Positions 56,701-64,000 of a stretch of DNA of 64,000 nucleotides are shown here, one piece after another (positions within the stretch are counted from its first letter, which is position 1; each line of letters starts with the position of its first letter). Source of the DNA: Ylistrum balloti (Eukaryota); the NCBI RefSeq assembly GCF_031769215.1, contig NW_026782228.1:62001-126000 (forward strand), given 5' to 3'. The notes below the pieces were generated by a model, which ran no database searches, was not told where the DNA came from, and saw only the letters and a list, made by a program, of their open reading frames with translations. Both the position numbers and the translations under genes were made by a program.

Positions 56701-59700
56701 CCACTTAATAACACACACCACCAGACATTACTGACGCATACACTAGATTGGTTACGTTCTAACAATAAGGTAAAGACGTGCACAGCACAAAAAATGTATA
56801 TTTATGATAAATACAACAGCCAATGTTTTTTTTCAACCCCGGATGAATACAAAAAGACAATTAGGCCTATTTCTGTATTACTGCGTTATGACATTCATGG
56901 TTATATGACTACCAAGTAATGATATGACTCTATGCCACACCGAGTGGTTTTTTTTAACCAACGGCAAATGAAGTGTTCGAATTTTAAAGTAGGTCTTTAA
57001 CTATCGACAACAATTTAAATAAATAACTGCTTTGACATTTTTAGATATACATTTCAACATTGCTCGAACGTCATTGTGGTTTGTCTTGCCAGGGTGGAAA
57101 CAGAATTACGTGTATATTCGGCTTGGGTCAAAGCTATTAACACTGTTCATTATCATTCGCACTCAAACGTGTATAAATGTTGTATCGTCGATAAGACTTT
57201 GAATCATACCGTCCATTACATAATGTCGGATTGTTTGTTATCAGCTCCGGGGTGTTAAATTGATGCACAAGTGAGATTAAGAACAACTTCTTTTCGTTAA
57301 TATCGCGTTCCTGCTGTGACTTTCCGATAAGAATTTCAAATCTAATCGACCAATTTGTTGTATCGTTAATGAAGTAAATTTAATGACTTTACTTATTTAG
57401 CTGTAAGATTTTCTTCCTAAAATAGAAATCGGTTTTAAAAGCTTATTGAATATCCGTTTTGAAATTGTATATGATTTTAAAACGGAAAGTTTACAGAACG
57501 GTCTCTAAGACCCAGAATGACACGGTGACTTCGTTATATCTAATTCTGCATTGCACATTCCCTACGGGTTCCGTAACGCTATGTTAACAATACTGTTTCA
57601 CACACAACTTCAATTAATGCTACTTAAGTTTATACTTGTACACAATTATATGCCAATAACTCATACATCCATCATGTAACAAAATATTTCTGTTGTTACA
57701 TTGAACTTTTCGAGTACATATACCCTTGCGCATTTGTCTGCCATCATTTCACAACAGCTGGATACTAATAGCTGATTTCGCCAATGATTCAAGCCTTTCT
57801 TGGTTTTATCAAAATATTAAGTCGAAAAGGATGTATTATTTTGCTGATAACGGTTTTCATCGTAAGCTCTATTTCAAAATTATCTATTTTCGCGAATTGT
57901 ATTATCCTCGAAAATGTAGAGAAAGAGAATCCCCCAGACCCCGTAAACACTGAAGTAAGCTGAAATTCTCAGCAGAGTACTGAACAGAGACTACAACTTT
58001 TCGCCGGGTAACACCTCAACTGTCGGTTTAAGATTAAAACAAGCCCATCGCGGGTGTGTCTGACTAGGCGTATCCAGTATTTGAGCTCTTTGGCTGAACC
58101 GGATTACAAGCCTTCGATATGCCGTGTGCTATTTCCATTTATATTTTGATTGTGATGGATACAGGTAAATTGTGACCCATTACCTACATACACCTGTATA
58201 GATATAAGTATACCATGACAATGAAGGGTCTAAACGTTACAGATCACATGTTACCTACACATACATAAATATGCGATGACAGTTGACTATATCCTTATTA
58301 GTGACGGTTACATACACGTGAAGATATTTTGGACATATTCAACATCTCATGAAGGAAGATTAATATAATTTTAAATATTGAGTGACATGCGCATTCAAGC
58401 ATTTGATGTAGTCGATGACCCAACATGCAATGGGGTCGATTCACGAGACAATTGTTTTCGGACTCACATAACGTGTTAATGAATGGAGGTCGTTTTCAGA
58501 TATACATTTGATTTTAAGTCATTAAGACACCTGTAGCTGTTCGTTGGTCGTAAATAATAATTTCTGAATGGACGGTTGAACTGATTACACGATATGTAAT
58601 GAGTCGTGGGGAGATCACCTCTTTGTTATACTGTCATAACTGACGCTTCCTAAACTGACAGTCATGGCTATAACACTCCCGTCAGGTTAGCGATACGATC
58701 GAGGGGATCCGGAATCCGACTCGAATTTTAGACATGTTCTTTTAAGAATTTTCCACCTGTATTATAAACCAGTGTTGTTAAAACAATTTGTGCATCTAAC
58801 CTTTAAATTTTTTATGTCTTCAACATTCATGACAAGGACAGCTGTCATGACAAGGGGTCCTAACCCAGGCCACCTACAATGGAGGGTCTAGGTTTGGACG
58901 TGGATATGGGGTTAGGAAAGGGTGACGGCAGGTAAGGGGGAGGGGGGACGTTATCATATGTATTGTAGTCCCATTCAAATACCTAAATAGTTTACATATT
59001 TGCTATGTTCTGGTACGTGTAAACAGAAATTTTATACATTTTTCAGGTTTTCGTGTATGTGATCGCTAATATAACTAAGAATTTTAGTAACGAGCATGAC
59101 AAGGGACGACTAAGAGAAGAATAAACAAATCAACAAAAACGAAATAAATACATATATCCATATTTGGAGTTATGTCATCAATTAGCAGATGGAATTAAAT
59201 TTTATAAGATCATAGATCATGACATAAGGCTTGAACAATCGGCGAAGTATTCGAGACCCAACGTTTCGTGACGTGTTTTCTGTACTGTTGAAATGCAAAA
59301 ATAATTATACAGGTAATTTAACAAATATAGTAAACATTTTAAGTGATGTTTCTGGAAACAAATTAAGGCATATTCCATTTTTATTTTCAAACTAGAATTT
59401 TGTTTAATCGGGATATTTCTACAACCGATACAGCTAAAGTATGTGTATTTCGTTTGTAACAATATCGAGTTTTCAAATAGTTTTATTTTTTTGTAATCAA
59501 ATGCTTCGTCCCAAACACACTGACGTTTAGTAATCGGATTTGACTTAGTGATACAGGTTCGCGCTTTGTAATGTCTGTGCGAACCAAACTTCGTGAGGAT
59601 GTGTCCGTGCACTGCTCTGAGTAAATTGTCCGTTTATCGCTTGCTGTCGATCATTTGTTGGGTGCAGCTCACATCTCTTCTTTCAATAATACGCAATAAA

Positions 59701-60281
59701 TTTGTTTCATGTCTTCTTAATTTACAATATCTGCAAATTAAGCCAAACGATCAGTACGTTTCAAAACGCACGCTAACCTAACAAATGGATACTGTCTTAG
59801 GAAGTTCAATAATAGCTCTGTGAATGCCGTTGAATCAACATCATTTTAACTCTCCATCCTCGTATTACTTGGGAATATCAAGTGAGAAGCAAAAATTTCA
59901 TTTAAGCATGATCCAAGAACGACATCGCTGATAGCTAAGAATCTCTCTGTTTCCGTAAATATTAACCATATATATATATTGAAACGATCGCTCGAAACAA
60001 AGTACAATTCGCTTACAATAATCAGATCTTCGGCGTAATAATCAAAACTCCGCTACGTTAGCCGAACAAATATGTTCTGTAAGCTGTGGGGCATATTTCA
60101 AATACTTGCGTCAGCAACCAGCTATACACAAAGCAAGTATATTCAGCTGAATTTTTATAATCACAATTTTTGATATACCTCCATTTTTATATACTTATTA
60201 TAAAAGTATTGGTTAAATTAATTGCATACCAAGTCCTCCCGACCACAGGTGTTTTAAGGACTTGAAATCAAATGTATATCT

Positions 60282-60560
60282 GAAACCACCGGGAAAATAC
60301 GTCTGCCCTGGAGAAACCAAAATAGATCTGCTTTCGAGAAACCGAAAGGTAAAAAATAGGCTCTCGAGGAACCATCGGGAAAAATAAGTCTGCCTGGAGA
60401 AACCATCTGGACAATTGATATGTTCCTGGGAAACCAAAAGAAAAATAGATTTGCCCTTAAGAAATCACCGTGAAAATAAATCTTCTATCGAGAAATCACC
60501 GGGACAATAGGGGTGCTTTCGGGAAACCAACGGGAAAATGGACCTGCTCTCTAGAAAGCA
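60282..60560. repeat. Degenerate tandem repeat of about 31 bp (GAAACCACCGGGAAAATA...), about 9 copies
   Basis: Read directly from the sequence. Confidence 0.8.
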
Positions 60561-61085
60561 GAAAGTCACGAAAAATAGTCACGGAAACAGATATTTGAAT
60601 ATCAACACTGTTTTAACATTTAAACAAGGAAGAGGCTGGGAAAACAGAATAAAATAGAAACAGGTAAGACAAGAAAGGGACAAAGTTTGTTCCCATGGGT
60701 ATGGCAATACTAGTAGACTGTTGGAAGTGCTTAACGCAACGTAGATATTCACTATTGTAACCCAGATTAATTACATCAACCTTGTGCATGGGACAATGAC
60801 ATTGTCTGGGAAGGGAAGAGAAATTCAGAAAAGTAAATGCAAGATATCTTAATTTTCGTTTTAGTGCCAGCTTGAGTTGTTGGTTCTATAGTTCGATATA
60901 TATGGACGTATGAAGAAATGCATCTTCATTAACGTGTTATAATGGTGCACAAGATACAAGCTTCTCACCACGGTGTAGAAAATACACAGTTATACCTGTT
61001 ACCATCAACCTGCCTGTTACCGTCCCAACATTCAGTATAGTCACATCGACACGGGAAATAAAACACTTGTGTTAAATATAATTCA

Positions 61086-61395
61086 TACGGTGGTATATTG
61101 AGCACAATATTATCTATATATTAATTATATTGATCGCTCGACATGTTATCTCGAGCGCTCGACATGTTATTTTGAGGGCTCGGCATATTATCTCGAGCGC
61201 TCGACTTATTGTCTCGAGCCCTCGACATATTAACAAACATGTTAATTCTTCAAGGAAGCAGCAAGGGCATCGCTTAATGTATTTGTTGTTATGTAATAAT
61301 ACATAACAAGTCGATCGCTCGAAATAGCATGTCGAACCCTCGAGATAATTAATAAAGGAAATGATATTGTACACGCCTTAAACTGTACCCCTGTA
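61086..61395. mobile_element. Old MITE with TAC...GTA termini and subterminal 22-bp repeats (IS3EU-like)
   Basis: Degenerate TIRs (TACGGTGGTA vs TACAGGGGTA); TTATCTCGAGCGCTCGACATG repeats; flanks AATTCA/AAGTTA match at 4 of 6. Confidence 0.5.
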
Positions 61396-62673
61396 AAGTT
61401 ATGATTACTTTGAGAATTTACATTCTTATCAAACATAAGTGATATTTACGATTCAAGTCTTTGGCAGCACTGAAACATCTAACAGAAAGTAACTAGGACA
61501 TTTATTTGAAAATAAATGTTTCTGATTTACAAAATCTACATGATTAATTGTGTACAGTCACATTCTATAAACAAATACAGACGACTTGACGTTAATCAGC
61601 AGTGAACAGAATAACCACGGTAAACAGGACGAGTTATAATAGAGGAAAATTTGGCAATTTCAATGCTTGTTTTCTCTGATCAGCAAAAACAAAGCTGAAG
61701 CGAAGTAAAACTTGTTGAACGAAACGATCCCTTAAATTCACCAATTTATTTCATGTTGGGGAGCGCCTCAGTCGTTGTCTTTGATATTGCCTCGTTAGCC
61801 TCTCTAACTCTTTGCATCAGGATGTCCTAATGTAATCATGTTACGTTGCAATAATTTGTTTGTTCCTTCGGTGTTATTTTTAGCTGTTACTTGTCTAAAG
61901 TATCTTTAGATAGTCAAAGTCAATTTTTTTTTATTTTTCAGGGTTTTTCCTTTCGAAATCTAAGCTGGCCACTCCCTTGAAAGATATGTTTTTTTCTGAG
62001 CTGAATCTTGAAGGGAATATCATAATGAGTTGTTAATTTTCGGCAGCTATTTTGTAAAAAGTTTGCGAAATCGTGATTCGAATGCATTCGTTTACAAACT
62101 ACCAGAAATGAGACTGAGATATTTGAAACGAAGTGTCATTATTTCTTGAGCCTGTCCGATACCTAGGATGGCTTCCATCTTGGAAAAAACAATCACGAAT
62201 TTAATTTTCAGATATCAGTGTGCAGTTTAATGAAATACTTTCAAAGGAAATGTTCAAGGACTTGAGCTGTCAAAAAACTGTTAATTTTCAAATTACCATT
62301 TTGAGATTCATGACATTAAGTTGCAGTGAATAATCTTACGATGATACTGACAGTGTAGGTATTATTTTAAACACATTTTAAAATTAATCTCGTGTTAAGG
62401 AAGTTAATAAAGTGATTTGGTTATTTGCCACCTTTGTTATTTTTATACCGTTAAAGGAAAAGTTTTGAATAAAAACAACAGTGCACTTAGTCTACTGTAG
62501 TTGTTTGAACTATTTCTCAATTCTTCCACTACATCAACACTATTACACAATGCATGGACTTCAGTGACCATTAGATTAAGAGCTGTGGTTTGCTTGTCCC
62601 TAATCGCATCATGTCCGCTTGTACTTTTTCAAATGTAAAAGCGTCGCCTCAAATCCCTACAGGCAGCGATATG

Positions 62674-63258
62674 TACGGAAGCCGGTTAGTGCCAATTTTT
62701 TCATGAGTTAAATTACGACTAAACATCTCGTAATTACGACATAGCTATCTCGTAATTACAACTTAGTTATCTCGATATTACGACATAATTATCTAGTAAT
62801 TACGACTTAGTTATCTCGTATTTACGACATACTCTCTCGTAATTCCGATTACGTTATCTCGTAATTACGACTTTGTTATCTCGTTATTACAACTTAGTCA
62901 TCTTGTGATATTACGACAAAGACCGAACTGTTTTGCGGCAATGTTTACTTCCGTCAAATGGTAAGTTTATGCAAACATGTATACTTTTTCTTTTTCCTTC
63001 AGGGCTGGGGAACCTCCCGATTCCATCTGTCAAAAACACGTGTGTAAGTCGACGGAAGTAAACATTGCCGCAAAACTAGATAATTATGTCGTAATATCGA
63101 GATAACTGAGTTGTAATTACGAGATAGCTATGTCGTAATTACGAGATGTTTAGTCGTAACTACGAGATGCTAAGTCGTAATTACGAGATACCTAAGTCGT
63201 AATTACGACTTAAAAAAAAATTAACTCATGAAAAAAGTGGCACTAACCGGCTTCCGTA
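62674..63258. mobile_element. Young non-autonomous foldback DNA transposon, IS3EU-like, 585 bp
   Basis: 38-bp terminal inverted repeat with one mismatch, starting TACGGAAGCC. GATATG is duplicated at 62668-62673 and 63259-63264. Arms carry inverted arrays of a unit of about 22 bp, plus an inner IR (62927-62955 / 63051-63077). Confidence 0.88.
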
Positions 63259-64000
63259 GATATGTAAACAAAACACAATTTGATGTAATAATTTTATGGA
63301 AAGTGGCTTCATACTGTAAGGTAATGATGGAGTTCACATTATTGTAGACAAGCACGGGTCGTGACAACCTTATCGTGTAATGTAACGAACGTCTGCTCTT
63401 AGGAGCCTGAAAAAGGAACTAATTGCTGTGTTGACAACAATAGGTTTCATGCACGATTTGATTATATAGCCACAGAATCTGCCACTGGAGTGTGAGAGGT
63501 AAAGTGTACTGCAGTGTGAAAGAGCGCGAGTTTGTGTCGTCTGCTCAGGTTGGGAACTGTTTATAAAAGAACCATTTCCACAGAAACAATTTGGATAGAT
63601 TATATAAACTGGATGATTCTACAACTTTATGAAACAGGATTCTGATGTATTGAGGTAAGATTAAAAACTTCTCATTCAACTTGATGATTTTAATAGAACC
63701 TGTTTATCTTTTACACAAAAGGATAAAGGATTTGTAATTCTATACTCTGTTGTTACGGTGTTGATGTTTAAGTGTCAGCAACTAACATTTAAGTTAATAT
63801 ATGGTTTTATGTCAAATGTTGATGTTTCATACGCATTAATCTGCGGAGGAAGGACAATTAGACATTACCATGTTCAAAAATTTCGAGGTCGTGTGGTGTA
63901 CACAATGTATAAGGACACACGTGTGATGCTGTTATGTAATAGTAACTCTCGTAACAGACTTATCGTAGGATTGTAGCTTAAGACTTCAGCTTTAAGGGGG

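Overview
This is AT-rich eukaryotic (animal) genomic DNA, not prokaryotic. The repeat repertoire and gene types suggest a bivalve mollusc, which is an inference. I can reconstruct three spliced protein-coding genes, all on the minus strand. (1) COPS5/CSN5, the JAMM isopeptidase of the COP9 signalosome: 8 coding exons, join(14340-14198,13210-12976,12494-12366,11718-11653,11297-11212,10014-9903,9120-8972,8821-8734), 335 aa. (2, 3) A head-to-tail pair of GT10-family alpha-1,3/4-fucosyltransferase-like genes: join(29466-28355,24318-23997), 477 aa, and join(23596-22308,21646-21298), 545 aa. They share one phase-2 intron position and are only 400 nt apart. Everything else I can recognise is repeat-derived: many decayed APE-type LINE remnants, several MITEs, tRNA-derived SINE-like pieces, and minisatellites. 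The MITEs include a Harbinger-type element with a CAG target duplication and a young IS3EU-like foldback element with TAC...GTA ends and a 6-bp duplication. Two minisatellites arose inside LINE coding sequence and produce most of the long ORFs in the supplied track. There are two assembly gaps near 37 kb. I found no convincing host gene between about 30 and 64 kb. I found no single clearly new biological system. The best leads are the divergent fucosyltransferase pair, the LINE-born minisatellites and the IS3EU-like element. LINE and SINE boundaries are approximate.
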